Position numbers and translations under genes: made by a program. Under the pieces are notes generated by a model that was not told the origin of the DNA, searched no databases, and saw nothing but the letters and a program-made list of their open reading frames with translations. DNA of 60,841 nt, filler included. It is 4 parts of 4 records of this genome, joined end to end, with 100 filler letters (N's around TTAATTAATTAA, not from the genome) between each part and the next. Parts side by side here need not be neighbours in the genome. Positions count along the whole stretch, not along the records: positions 1 to 16,887 come from DRR723986_17197; positions 16,988 to 48,488 come from DRR723986_17202; 2 more parts are not named here. The stretch is one strand, 5' to 3'. Below, piece by piece: positions 9,560-19,837 of this stretch (its first letter is position 1; each line of letters opens with the position of its first letter).

Positions 9560-10417
9560 TTAAGTCCGTAGGTGGCTGATGGGTACGTAGAATTTACGGT
9601 ACCGTTTCCCATCGTCATAGAGCTGACCGGTTTCGTCGAGCACCAAGATCGTCGCTCGGCGCGTAATACGATTAACCGTTCCAATACGCTCAACTCCCTC
9701 GTGAGTGAATCGCACTCTCGTGCCAACTCGAATGTTGAACTTGCGTTCGGCCCGCTCCTGCTGAGTGATTAGATCATGTTTGTGTTCGGTGTGTCCGAAC
9801 AAGCGGCCAGCGATGGACTGGAACCGAGGAGCGGCACAGCAGCTATCGTCCCACACGAGCATTTCGCACAGATGAATCAGCTCGTGCTCCATAATACGCT
9901 GCATCGCTTGCATTCGATTCGTGCACAGCATGCCAGTCACACGAATGGGACGCTGGAGGTCGCTGAATGTTTGGAACAGTAGTGTGGCTGAAAGGACGAT
10001 TTCATATTGCCAGGTCTTCTGGCCAGTCTGTCGATCAGTGTGCGTGGTTCGGACAGTCTTGCCACCCGCACTCGTCATTCGTTTTGACCAACGGAATTGC
10101 ATTCCAAAATGGCCCGCAACCGAGAGCAAGTTACCGCCGAAGAAATAGCGATCGTAGAGCTGCGCCATGTTTTTTAGGTCGCGGCCGGTAACCGACGAAA
10201 AATTTGTCGATTCCATCGAACGCGAAGTTGAAAGAACTGACCGACCGATGCGGTAGCACTGCTCACGCCGGCGAGTGTCAGCGATGCGCCCGTGAGAGAC
10301 CCATTCCTCGAGTTCCGTTATTTGCCGAGCGATTTCGGCAGGGAGTGTATCCCTACGCCTCGGCGCTTGCTTTGAAACTCTACCCCGTCCTGGGTGCCCA
10401 ACTGTGCCTGCCATCAC
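9560..10417 (-). CDS. SprT-like zinc metalloprotease with C-terminal SH3/KOW-like beta domain
   Basis: WSKRMTSAGG, YEIVLS, HELIH; C-terminal VGTRVRF..GTVNRITRRATI. Confidence 0.7.
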   Translation of the reverse strand: MMAGTVGHPGRGRVSKQAPRRRDTLPAEIARQITELEEWVSHGRIADTRRREQCYRIGRSVLSTSRSMESTNFSSVTGRDLKNMAQLYDRYFFGGNLLSVAGHFGMQFRWSKRMTSAGGKTVRTTHTDRQTGQKTWQYEIVLSATLLFQTFSDLQRPIRVTGMLCTNRMQAMQRIMEHELIHLCEMLVWDDSCCAAPRFQSIAGRLFGHTEHKHDLITQQERAERKFNIRVGTRVRFTHEGVERIGTVNRITRRATILVLDETGQLYDDGKRYRKFYVPISHLRT

Positions 10418-11106
10418 TTCTCCAAGTATTTGGCCATCGTACTAGCAGCGATCGTCGCACGACGAAGCAAGATAAGATCCACGCCAGCTAGCACCGGTGC
10501 AGCCAACTGATCCAGTACAGATTAGAAAAGTCTACTGGGGCAGTTGTCGCGCATTCCATTCTACGAAAAATCGTCAGCACATTTCCAGGCGATAGTTCGC
10601 CTTATAGCTGTTTTCCGAAAAGCCCACGGCGGGCGGCGTCCCATTGTTGACTTCCGTCATGCCAGTCGTTAGCAAGCCGACAGGCCAAACCGCGTGGGTT
10701 CCTAGTTTGCGCAGCTTCGCTCACTACTCGCCGGGGATTATTGTGACGCGGCGAAACGGAACTTCTTCCCTCATCTGGCAGTTGCTTCTGTTGACAGCGG
10801 CAGCCAATCTCTAATGCTTTTAATGATGCGGACACCGCTGGAGAATATCGCCTCGCCGAGGCGATAATGTAAATGCACCAGGTCCAGCGTAAGGGCTGGC
10901 GGAAATTCGCGGGCTGGCGGATGTTCGCCACCACGCAAGAAATTACGAGGCCTGAAGATCGCGACCAGCATAAAGTGTTCGGACTTTGGTCGTTTGCTGA
11001 CACCTGAAAGCCCCTTGTTGGCAGACGTTTGCCGATCTTGAAATTTGTCGGCTTCGTTTCATTGAGTCCCCACGCCACACACAACTCAGCACGGAAAGTT
11101 TTACCT

Positions 11107-12495
11107 GTGGATTCGCAACATTTTGACGTTATTGTCATCGGTACAGGTCCTGGCGGTGAAGGTGCCGCAATGCAAGCTGCTAAAGAGGGCAAGCGGGTTG
11201 CAATCTTCGAACGGCACACACGAATCGGTGGCGGTTGCACTCACTGGGGAACTATACCGAGTAAGGCACTTCGATTTTCGATCTACTCGATTATGGAGGC
11301 CATCAACAACCCAGTCGTCAAATCTTTGGGTGTCCGACCGAGCCCCTCACTCCGCCAACTTCGCCAAAGTAGTCAGTCCATTATTTCCAAGCAGGAGACG
11401 ATGCGGCAGACGTTCTACGAACGTAATCATGTACCGGTGATCAATGGCGAAGCGAAGTTCTTGGATGCAAACACGGTCCAGATTGACGATGGGACGAAGT
11501 ATACCGCTGAGAAGTTTGTTATCGCCGCTGGCTCTCGCCCCTTCCGCCCGCCCCATGTCGATTTCGACCACCCGTGTATCTACGACAGCGACACGATTCT
11601 TGATCTCGTCGATCGTCCGCAGTCGATTACCGTCTACGGTGCAGGTGTCATAGGTTGTGAATACGCGTCCATGTTTCGCAACTTAGGGATCAAGGTAAAC
11701 CTGGTCAACACACGCAGCAAGCTGCTTGAGTTCCTGGACGACGAGATTATTGACGCACTTAGCTATCACTTGCGTGACCAAGGTGTCCTCATTCGGCACA
11801 ACGAGCAGTTTGATCGAATCGAGGGCCGAGATGATGGAGCGGTCTTGTACCTTCAAAGCGGTAAACAGATTAAGACCGACATCGTCCTTTGGGCCAATGG
11901 CCGAAGCGGCAATACGGAGAACCTGGGGCTAGAGAATATTGGTGTTGAACCGACCAGCCGCGGTCACTTGAAAGTCAACGAACACTTCCAAACAGAGTGC
12001 GAGAACGTTTACGCGGTCGGCGATATCATTGGCTTCCCATCGCTCGCCAGTGCAGCTTACATGCAAGGTCGCTCGGCAGCCCTGCATTTGACCAACAGCA
12101 GCACCGAGCGTTGCATGCAGTTGGCCGACATTCCTGCTGGGATCTACACCAGTCCTGAGATCTCTTGTATTGGACAGACGGAACGAGAACTGACCGAAAA
12201 GAAAATTCCCTACGAAGTGGGCCACTCGCAGTTCAAGAGTCTTGCGCGAGCACAGATCATTGGCCGAACGGTCGGCATGCTGAAACTGCTTTTTCACCGA
12301 GAAACCTTGGAAATTCTCGGCGTCCACTGCTTCGGAAATAACGCATCCGAGATCGTGCACATTGGACAGGCGATCATGAAACAGCCAGCTCCGTACAACA
12401 CGATCGAGTACTTTATCAACACGACGTTCAACTATCCAACAATGGCTGAGGCCTACCGAGTCGCGGCTCTCAACGGATACAACCGATTGTTCTAA
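11107..12495 (+). CDS. sthA: Soluble pyridine nucleotide transhydrogenase
   Basis: [54 protein letters not shown] at 11107 is the likely start. Confidence 0.93.
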   Translation: MDSQHFDVIVIGTGPGGEGAAMQAAKEGKRVAIFERHTRIGGGCTHWGTIPSKALRFSIYSIMEAINNPVVKSLGVRPSPSLRQLRQSSQSIISKQETMRQTFYERNHVPVINGEAKFLDANTVQIDDGTKYTAEKFVIAAGSRPFRPPHVDFDHPCIYDSDTILDLVDRPQSITVYGAGVIGCEYASMFRNLGIKVNLVNTRSKLLEFLDDEIIDALSYHLRDQGVLIRHNEQFDRIEGRDDGAVLYLQSGKQIKTDIVLWANGRSGNTENLGLENIGVEPTSRGHLKVNEHFQTECENVYAVGDIIGFPSLASAAYMQGRSAALHLTNSSTERCMQLADIPAGIYTSPEISCIGQTERELTEKKIPYEVGHSQFKSLARAQIIGRTVGMLKLLFHRETLEILGVHCFGNNASEIVHIGQAIMKQPAPYNTIEYFINTTFNYPTMAEAYRVAALNGYNRLF

Positions 12496-13889
12496 CCTTG
12501 TAGCGTGTTGCCATTATTCGGACCACGAATTGCCTCGCGAATGCAGGCGGCAGTCGTGAGTGCAGCATTGACGGCATAGCCCGCAGTCATCGCGTAGGCG
12601 ATACGCAACAAGGTGGTCTCGACGGGGATTGTGAAACTGCACACCAGCATGACGATAGCTGCAGCAACTCGCGTCCAAACGCCATAACTTGCTCGGTCAA
12701 TGCCTCGCAAGAAGCCGTCGCCGACCAGTGCGCAACCGTTTGCTGCCATGGCGAACATTAGCACCCGGGATATGCCGAGGATGCCTTTGAATTCTTCGCC
12801 GAACAGAAAGTGCAACAGCTCGGGCAGCACAAGCAAGATTGCCGCCAACGACACTGCCTGAAATGCGATGACCGCGAACGTCAGCCCTGCAATCTTGCGA
12901 GCTCCGGCAGAACACAACTCCCGGGCGCTACGGAAAGAGTAGAGAGCAAACGTGTGCGGTGCTACCAGCAACATCGTTGCCGCGGGAACGGCTGTGACGT
13001 AGAAACCATAGTCTTCGAAAGAGACCATCCACAGCAGCAAGAAATTGCCAAGCCGGTCAAAGAGATCTCCTGCCAGAACCGCAATTGCATCAGAACGACC
13101 GTCGCGTATTAGTGCCTTCGCACTTGGACTGCCGGATCCGAACCAAACGCGGTTGTCACTGATGTAAAGGAAGAACAGCAGAGCGATGCCGGACGACACC
13201 ACGGTCAGCAGCGCGATCAAGCCAAGAGACCTGATTCCACCCAGCGTCAGCATGGCGACGAAGATTGGAAATACGGCCGCAGCGAACACGCGACTGAGGT
13301 TGTACCGATTGAATGCTCCGCGTCCGTGGTCCACCGCCTGCGAAGCGAGACGCATGTGCTCAAGTGGTAGCATGCAAGCACACAGGCAGCACCACGGCAG
13401 AACATGAGTTTTATCGGCAGGCACGCCCAACACACTCATTGCAATAGCGGCTAACAGTGAGAAGCAACCTGTGATCACTCCGCATCGAATCGCCGATCTC
13501 TGTAACCCTCCATAGTCGGCCGACTGAGTCGCAGCAGCTCTCGCGATCGAATAGAGTGTCCCAAGCAAACCGGTGTAAAGCATCGTTTGCGTATAGAACA
13601 TGGCCGTCGCGTACTCTCCGCGTCCAGTTGGCCCCAGCAGACGGGCCAGCAGGATGGCGTGAAGTGCTTGCAAGCCGAAGACCGCAAACGAGCTACCTAC
13701 GCTGGAGCCCAGTCCTAGTAAACGCCCCCTCAAGCTCGGTGGTTGCAACTTGCCAGACGGCATTACCTGCGCAGCAGCTTTGGACTCGTTCGTAGTTTCC
13801 TCGTTTTCGTCCATTGGGATCATCTGAGGAGGACAGTCGTTGCTGCGTTGCCAAAGTTGCGTAGTGTGAGCCGCAGGCGGGTTGTACAC
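12492..13889 (-). CDS. Wzx/MATE-like polysaccharide flippase
   Basis: [15 protein letters not shown] motif and about 12 hydrophobic segments; true start probably downstream of 13889. Confidence 0.75.
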   Translation of the reverse strand: MYNPPAAHTTQLWQRSNDCPPQMIPMDENEETTNESKAAAQVMPSGKLQPPSLRGRLLGLGSSVGSSFAVFGLQALHAILLARLLGPTGRGEYATAMFYTQTMLYTGLLGTLYSIARAAATQSADYGGLQRSAIRCGVITGCFSLLAAIAMSVLGVPADKTHVLPWCCLCACMLPLEHMRLASQAVDHGRGAFNRYNLSRVFAAAVFPIFVAMLTLGGIRSLGLIALLTVVSSGIALLFFLYISDNRVWFGSGSPSAKALIRDGRSDAIAVLAGDLFDRLGNFLLLWMVSFEDYGFYVTAVPAATMLLVAPHTFALYSFRSARELCSAGARKIAGLTFAVIAFQAVSLAAILLVLPELLHFLFGEEFKGILGISRVLMFAMAANGCALVGDGFLRGIDRASYGVWTRVAAAIVMLVCSFTIPVETTLLRIAYAMTAGYAVNAALTTAACIREAIRGPNNGNTLQG

Positions 13890-14146
13890 ATCGTGGTTAG
13901 CAAGCCGATACGAGTCGATTGTGTTGGGAGCAAACAGCCCCTAAACCACCAAGCGAATAGTGCGATGTCCTGACAACCGGCATAACCACTCCGCGCCGAA
14001 CGCAGCGACTGACGATTATCACGGGATTGCCAACGCGTAACATGACAATTCCAGCCCAGCGTAGCCCAACTCTGTTCGAGATGTTCGGCGCGTGCCGATC
14101 TAAAGGGTAGCTGGAAATTGTCAAAATCAAAGTGTTGGTGCTGAGT

Positions 14147-14893
14147 ATGTCCGAATCCATCTTACGAAAACCCATTACTGGCCTACTCTTGCTTGGCGGT
14201 GCGATCGGTGGGCCATACGTGGTTTATGAAACCGACATTGGACGCTCTGCTCAGCAAGCACTGACGCCTGGTGAGGTCCAGTCGACAGGGGTTGCACCCG
14301 CTGGGCGGTTCACATCGACTACATCTACGCAGAATTTGCCAGGTCCCTCTGCCCAGCTTCAACCCAATCACGTGCTCAACGGCGGAGGCGTACCGACTGC
14401 AAACGCTCCAGTCAGCTCGCTAGGGGAAGTTGCCCGATTCGATATCACGCCTGGATGGATAACATCACGCTTTCCCAGAGTGTCGACTGTGGTTGGCAAT
14501 GAGTACTTGGATGGCATGCGAGTGCCGCTGGTAACGGGCACCACACCATCGGACTTGGCTGGCACATTGACCTACTATTTCGACCGTTACCAAAGACTGC
14601 AACGGATCACCATCCACGGTGTCACCGGTGATCCAAGTCGGTTTATCGGAGAAGTCCAGCAAGGCTACAAGCTTGAGCAACAGCCTTCGCTCGGCGGGAA
14701 TCTCTATCTTCTTAATTGGAACGGTAAAGCGACGAGTGTTCTTCGAGTTGCACCGGCGGCAATTATTCGCGCCGATGCACCTTATTCAAGATTTGATCTC
14801 TTCCTGGAGCTGAACCAGCCGGGTTTGCAGTTTGGGTTGAGTCCGGAAGCTCAGGGCATGCTTAATGCCGGTCGTGCCGCTCGACGCTGGTAG
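14147..14893 (+). CDS. Planctomycete conserved hypothetical protein (DUF6690-like)
   Basis: N-terminal anchor, low-complexity linker, then RFDITPGWI..RVPLVTGT..DLAGTLTYYFD. Confidence 0.6.
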   Translation: MSESILRKPITGLLLLGGAIGGPYVVYETDIGRSAQQALTPGEVQSTGVAPAGRFTSTTSTQNLPGPSAQLQPNHVLNGGGVPTANAPVSSLGEVARFDITPGWITSRFPRVSTVVGNEYLDGMRVPLVTGTTPSDLAGTLTYYFDRYQRLQRITIHGVTGDPSRFIGEVQQGYKLEQQPSLGGNLYLLNWNGKATSVLRVAPAAIIRADAPYSRFDLFLELNQPGLQFGLSPEAQGMLNAGRAARRW

Positions 14894-14930
14894 ACAATTC
14901 GCCTTCCAATGGGCGGCAAGCGGTAGGCAT

Positions 14931-15710
14931 CTAGTTGCGTCGGAAAGCGAATTGCCCGGCATCAATGAGACTCCCGTCGTCTCGGTGTGGAAGATAAAAA
15001 TCGACCTGGCTGTCACCAAAGATGCGGAACTTCACACCGTGCCGCCAAAGTTCGAAGTACGCCGCAACCGCTTCGTCTCCACCAACTTCTAGTTCTTCAC
15101 TGTTTGCCCTTGCGAGCGGCCAGCGAACAAACTCACGCAGCCAACCATCGCAGGCGAGGTAATACAGCGGTTCGGCCAGTTGGTATCCGAGGGAGGCGTC
15201 GGCGTGTCGTGACGCCAACACCTCAGGAACGGAATTGGTTAGCAGACGCATCAACAGTGACTGCTCCTCAACGCGCCGCGGGTGCTTTGGAGCCTTGCCT
15301 TCTAGAATTCGCACCTTGGGCTCACCGATACCGCTCGCCTGCTCAGCAATCAACTCAAACGCCTGATCCTGCATGCTTGAACTCGCAGCTCGCAGCAGCG
15401 CCAGAGCGCTGCTGACGAACTTCTCGGCATACGTCTGGGCCGCGGAAGCGAGAAATGTTGGTGGACTCCTGACGATGAAGTAGGCGTCTTTCATTCCGTC
15501 GGATCGTCGACCTGCCCCGGTTGCCCGGAAGACGCGTTCAAGTCGGTGCCGCAGCTCAGCCCCACCCTCGACAGCATCAAGAAACTCGCACTTACCAAGA
15601 CCATCTTGCCGAAACGCCTGAAACAATCCCATCGGCGACTCCTCCAGTGCCGCACGCTCCGCTTCGCTGCTTGAGGCGGCATCCAACAACTGGTCGAAAA
15701 TTTGGGTCAT
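14931..15710 (-). CDS. Hypothetical protein
   Basis: 259-aa ORF with protein-like composition; no recognised motif. Confidence 0.6.
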   Translation of the reverse strand: MTQIFDQLLDAASSSEAERAALEESPMGLFQAFRQDGLGKCEFLDAVEGGAELRHRLERVFRATGAGRRSDGMKDAYFIVRSPPTFLASAAQTYAEKFVSSALALLRAASSSMQDQAFELIAEQASGIGEPKVRILEGKAPKHPRRVEEQSLLMRLLTNSVPEVLASRHADASLGYQLAEPLYYLACDGWLREFVRWPLARANSEELEVGGDEAVAAYFELWRHGVKFRIFGDSQVDFYLPHRDDGSLIDAGQFAFRRN

Positions 15711-15930
15711 CGTTGCAGATTTCAGGTAAGAGTTAATTCTTCGAAGGCGTCAGCTCTAGCAGCCTCCGTGACATTGTATGAAGCTGGCGATTGGCCTTTT
15801 GGCTTTGAAGTTGCGGTTTCACAGGTGCACTCGCAGCCGAAAAGCGGTATGATTTCGGGCCGAAGCCGGTCTTAGTCAGTACTCGGTGACCATTCGGAAA
15901 CGGTAACCATTCAGTAACAAAGTAAACTGC

Positions 15931-16476
15931 ATGCGTTCTTTGACAGTAACACTGCTTATCAGCCTGATGATGACATCGCCAGCACTTGCTGACGACAAAC
16001 CAGAAGCGGTCGTTGGCAAGCCAGCGCCAGACTTCGAAGTCACCGGCATTGATGGCAAGAAATTTAAACTTTCCGACCGTATTGGCAAGAAGAACATCGT
16101 CGTGATGTTCAGCAGAGCCTATTGGTGACCGTTCTGCATGCGGCAGCTGGTCGAGCTGCAATCGAATGCGGAAGAGTTTAAAGCGGCGGATGCCGAGCTG
16201 ATCTTCGTTTTCCGCGAAGAAAGCAACGGCGTTGAAGCCCTGAAGAACATTAAACGAAAGTACAAGACGACGTACACTTTGTCCCTGGACTTGGATAAGA
16301 AGTCCTCCGGTGCATACAGCCCGAAACGCGGCACCTTCGACAACTACGTGATCGACAAGAAGGGCGTTGTGCGCAAGGTCGTCGACGGATCTTTGAGAAC
16401 ACGTGCCAAGTCAAAGCAATTGCTTGATACGCTCAAAGCCATCAACGCTGAAGAGAAGAAGAAAGCCGCGAAGTAA
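15931..16476 (+). CDS. Secreted AhpC/TSA (peroxiredoxin-like, thioredoxin-fold) selenoprotein with UxxC
   Basis: ORFs 15931-16128 and 16138-16476 are in the same frame; TGA 16126-16128 reads ..FSRAYW-U-PFC-MRQLVELQ; signal peptide and VGKPAPDFEV..DGKKFKLSD redoxin N-terminus. Confidence 0.9.
16143..16159 (+). promoter_or_regulatory. Putative bacterial SECIS hairpin
   Basis: GCAGCT-GGTCG-AGCTGC; the apical loop starts with G, 21 nt after the UGA. Confidence 0.75.
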
Positions 16477-16858
16477 TCCGCTGCCACTTACTCTGCGGCT
16501 GTGTTGTCTTTGACGTTACGCGCTTGTTCTTTGAAGGGCTCAAGCTCCTCTCGTGAACGCTCCGCGACTACCGTGGAGTTGACAGGGCCAGTCTTGGCCC
16601 GCGACGTTAATCGCCATCATCTAAACACACGTCACCGCTCGCTTTGGGAGAGGGCGGGCGTCAGCTCGGGAGAGTGTAGAGCGTGCAGGCGACGGCGTCA
16701 GTGTCTCAGGCAGTTTTACTGCTTAACCGTTGGCAATCTCCTAGCACCTAGATTCGGCTGAACGCGATCCTCCGATCAATGGCCACAAAGATGAAAATAT
16801 TTCTTTGCCGAGAGCCTTCGGTGAATACGAGACGATTCAGAGTTTCGGCCTACATTAA

Positions 16859-16881
16859 GTAGCACGGCTCTCCGAGCCGTG
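16859..16881 (+). repeat. GTAG-type REP-like palindrome at contig end
   Basis: GTAG-CACGGCTC-TCC-GAGCCGTG, perfect 8-bp stem with the same TCC loop as the copies at 1-80. Confidence 0.72.
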
Positions 16882-16887
16882 GGGCTG

Positions 16888-16987
16888 NNNNNNNNNNNNN
16901 NNNNNNNNNNNNNNNNNNNNNNNNNNNNNNNTTAATTAATTAANNNNNNNNNNNNNNNNNNNNNNNNNNNNNNNNNNNNNNNNNNNN
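16888..16987. other. Artificial contig spacer
   Basis: N-run, TTAATTAATTAA (stops in all six frames), N-run; base composition changes across it. Confidence 0.98.
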
Positions 16988-17191
16988 TCACGTCCCCCAA
17001 CATTTTCACTGTTCTGCAACCGGCCAGATGAGCTACCGGACAGTTATAAGCGATATTTGGAGAACGAGTTAAGGCGGGATTTTGATTTGCCTGGTGTTCC
17101 ACTACGCATTTATCTTCGTAAAGGCGCGAACCCTTATGAGGGACGTAGGAACAAGCCTAAAAACAGCAAGCGCGGGAAAAGGTTTTCTTAA
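16988..17191 (+). CDS. der: Ribosome biogenesis GTPase Der, 3' fragment
   Basis: Translates [50 protein letters not shown], the KH-like C-terminus of Der; not in the ORF track. Confidence 0.9.
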   Translation, partial: SRPPTFSLFCNRPDELPDSYKRYLENELRRDFDLPGVPLRIYLRKGANPYEGRRNKPKNSKRGKRFS

Positions 17192-17215
17192 GCTCTTTAT
17201 CTTGAAAGGAAGATT

Positions 17216-18085
17216 GTGAAGGACGCCTTTATATTCTTAACGCGTCAGCCTGAAAAACTGCAAAAATTGCTGCTAAAGTTTTATCGCGGCACGCAGAGCT
17301 CTAAGCAAGACTTTGATTTCCATATTTGCAGTTATGAGGAGAATGCTGAGCCATCTGTTAAACAGGTAGAGCTAAATGGTCACGTTTTTCAACATTGGAT
17401 TTTTGGTCGAAAGTCAGCATTTTCCTTAGGGTATGAGCAAAAAGTTAATGAGCGCAATTGGGTACTCATTCCCGGTAACTGTGATGTGCCTGTTTTGGCC
17501 TTTTTTCGAGAAAACAACCAGTATCGACGATATTGGTTAGTTGAGGATGATGTTGATTACAGCGGCGATGTTAAGACCTTAATTGATGACGTTGCACAGC
17601 ATGAAGCTGATTTACAATGCAGCCACCTTCAGCAGGGTTGGGAACAGTGGGTTAATAATAAAATGCTCAAAATTAATTCTGAGAAAGAAATTGAATTCTC
17701 AGAAACCTTCATTTGTTTTTTGCCGTTTTTTTCAATTAGCCATAAAGGCTTAAAGTTAATCGATGATGCATACCGAAATGGCTGGGCGGGACATCATGAG
17801 CAAATTTGGCCAACCGTTTTGTTAAGGTCTGGGCTGAAGGTGCGTGACATTGGCGGAACAGGTAATTTTGTCGCAGAAGAAGATATAAATCGCCATTATT
17901 TCGGCGTTGCATCTGTTGGTATTAACAAAGTCGGCAGTTTTATTCCAACGCCACCCCGACTATTTATGGGCCGAAAACCTAATACACTTTGGCATCCCGT
18001 AAAGCCTGTTGATCAATGGTTTAGTGGAAAAATAAGACGGTTAAAATCTATTATGTCTTATTACCGCGATCAGGTGAAGTCTTGA
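17216..18085 (+). CDS. Hypothetical glycosyltransferase-like protein (DUF3405-like)
   Basis: YWLVEDDVDYSG (DxD-like), W.GH.EQ.WPT, LWHPVK; AT-rich. Confidence 0.55.
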   Translation: MKDAFIFLTRQPEKLQKLLLKFYRGTQSSKQDFDFHICSYEENAEPSVKQVELNGHVFQHWIFGRKSAFSLGYEQKVNERNWVLIPGNCDVPVLAFFRENNQYRRYWLVEDDVDYSGDVKTLIDDVAQHEADLQCSHLQQGWEQWVNNKMLKINSEKEIEFSETFICFLPFFSISHKGLKLIDDAYRNGWAGHHEQIWPTVLLRSGLKVRDIGGTGNFVAEEDINRHYFGVASVGINKVGSFIPTPPRLFMGRKPNTLWHPVKPVDQWFSGKIRRLKSIMSYYRDQVKS

Positions 18086-18137
18086 GCGTCCTGCATGGTA
18101 TTATTGACCTAGAAACTTTGTGATTTATAATTTTGTC

Positions 18138-19106
18138 ATGAAAAAAATAACCCTCTTTATCATTGTTGCGCTTTTTTCAGTTTCTGTCAGTGCGCAGACC
18201 AAAACCAAAATTACATTTGCTACCGACTGGAAAGCTCAAGCTGAACATGGCGGGTTTTACCAGGCATTGGCTCGCGGCTTTTATGCCGATGCGGGGTTGG
18301 ATGTAACCATTCGCCCCGGTGGTCCGCAGTCAGATAACCCAAGGCTTCTAGCAGCTGGCGCGCTTGATGTTGCGATGGCCTCAAACAGCTTCCAGCCGGT
18401 GAATATGTTGGCTGCGGGGGCTGATGTTAAAGTTGTGATGGCATCTTTCCAGAAAGACCCGCAGGTTTTGATGGTACATCCGCATGTAAACGCAAAGTCT
18501 ATTGCTGATTTAAAGGGCCGACCGATTTTCCTGTCGGATGCTGCTACCGCGGCTTTTTGGCCTTGGTTAAAGACGAAGTTTAATTTCGAAGACAGGCAGA
18601 TAAGAAAATATAATTACTCATTGGCTCCCTGGTTGGTGAACAAGGAAACTGTGCAGGAGGGGTATCTTTCTTCCGAACCATACACCGCAACCCAGCAAGG
18701 GATTACACCAAAAGTATTTCTTTTTGCTGACGCGGGCTACCCTGGTTATGCCGGTATGGTAATGGTGCGAGGCGAATACCTTAGAGCCAATGGCGATGTG
18801 ATAAAAGCGTTTGTCGCAGCAACGATAAAGGGCTGGCAAGACTATTTGTGGCAAGATGCAAACCCAGGTAACACTCTGATCTTAAAAGATAATCCTGAAA
18901 TGACAGCTGAACTTTTATCATACGCAATAAACGCTATTAAAACTAATGGCATGGTTGGCAAAAATGAGAATGTTGGCATCATGGAGCAGGCCCGCTGGAG
19001 TAGATTTTACCAGGAAATGAGCCGCCTTGGTGCTCTGCCATCCGGCCTTGATGTTAAAAACATATATAGTCTTGATTATTTACCCAAAACTGCGAGCAGT
19101 CGTTAA
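18138..19106 (+). CDS. ABC substrate-binding protein, NMT1/THI5 family
   Basis: Signal peptide; TDWKAQAEHGGFYQA..GLDVTIRPGGP. Confidence 0.88.
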   Translation: MKKITLFIIVALFSVSVSAQTKTKITFATDWKAQAEHGGFYQALARGFYADAGLDVTIRPGGPQSDNPRLLAAGALDVAMASNSFQPVNMLAAGADVKVVMASFQKDPQVLMVHPHVNAKSIADLKGRPIFLSDAATAAFWPWLKTKFNFEDRQIRKYNYSLAPWLVNKETVQEGYLSSEPYTATQQGITPKVFLFADAGYPGYAGMVMVRGEYLRANGDVIKAFVAATIKGWQDYLWQDANPGNTLILKDNPEMTAELLSYAINAIKTNGMVGKNENVGIMEQARWSRFYQEMSRLGALPSGLDVKNIYSLDYLPKTASSR

Positions 19107-19837
19107 TGCTTGAGATCACCGATTTATCATTCAGTTATGATGGTGATTCAGCCGTTTTAGATAAATTATCTTTGGAAATGGTAGAAAACGAAGTTGTCTC
19201 TTTGCTTGGACCAAGTGGTTGCGGCAAGTCAACAGTGCTACGCATTGTCGCCAAATTGCAGGAAGCAGACGAGGGCGAAATTGTTTGGCAAAACGATCCT
19301 GAGTTGGCCTTTGTTTTTCAAGATGCAGCCTTGATGCCATGGGCTACAGTTCAACAAAACGTCCAATTGCCAGGTCAACTTAAGGGGAATGTAAATCAAC
19401 AGGATATTGTGAGGGCGATGCAGGCTGTTGGGCTTGAAACAATGGAGGGGCGCTTTCCAGCAGAATTATCTGGTGGGCAACGCATGCGCACATCTGTGGC
19501 CCGCGCTCTAGTGGCAAACCCTACAGTGCTTCTAATGGACGAACCATTTGCAGCTCTTGATGAAATTTTGCGCTTTCAAATGAATGAACTCTTGTTGACG
19601 CTTAAAGGTAAGCGTGGCCTGAGTATATTGTTTGTAACCCATAGTCTTTATGAGGCGGCATACATATCGGACCGTGTTTTGGTTATGGACAAGGGGGCGA
19701 TCAAGGGTGAAGTCATCCCAAATCTAAATCGCAGCTTGAATGCGCGAGACCAAAGGGCTTCTTCAAATTTTACGACAGCTGTAACACAGATTAACACGTT
19801 GATGGCGGGTGTCGGGAAATTAGGAGAAGGGCAATGA
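19106..19837 (+). CDS. ABC ATP-binding protein (TauB/SsuB-like)
   Basis: GPSGCGKS, LSGGQ, LMDEPFAALD. Confidence 0.92.
   Translation: MLEITDLSFSYDGDSAVLDKLSLEMVENEVVSLLGPSGCGKSTVLRIVAKLQEADEGEIVWQNDPELAFVFQDAALMPWATVQQNVQLPGQLKGNVNQQDIVRAMQAVGLETMEGRFPAELSGGQRMRTSVARALVANPTVLLMDEPFAALDEILRFQMNELLLTLKGKRGLSILFVTHSLYEAAYISDRVLVMDKGAIKGEVIPNLNRSLNARDQRASSNFTTAVTQINTLMAGVGKLGEGQ

Noticed and set aside
10602-11240. 212-aa minus-strand ORF
   Set aside because: Overlaps the sthA start antisense, has no motif and atypical composition.
15931-16476. Pseudogene or two separate small genes
   Set aside because: The single in-frame TGA falls precisely at the catalytic Cys position and is followed by a SECIS-like hairpin, so selenocysteine is the better explanation.
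16932-16943. TTAATTAATTAA as a biological motif
   Set aside because: Identical in all three N-flanked gaps; an artificial six-frame stop linker.
18086-18137. TPP riboswitch before the NMT1/THI5-type ABC operon
   Set aside because: The gap is only about 50 nt and lacks the CTGAGA core.
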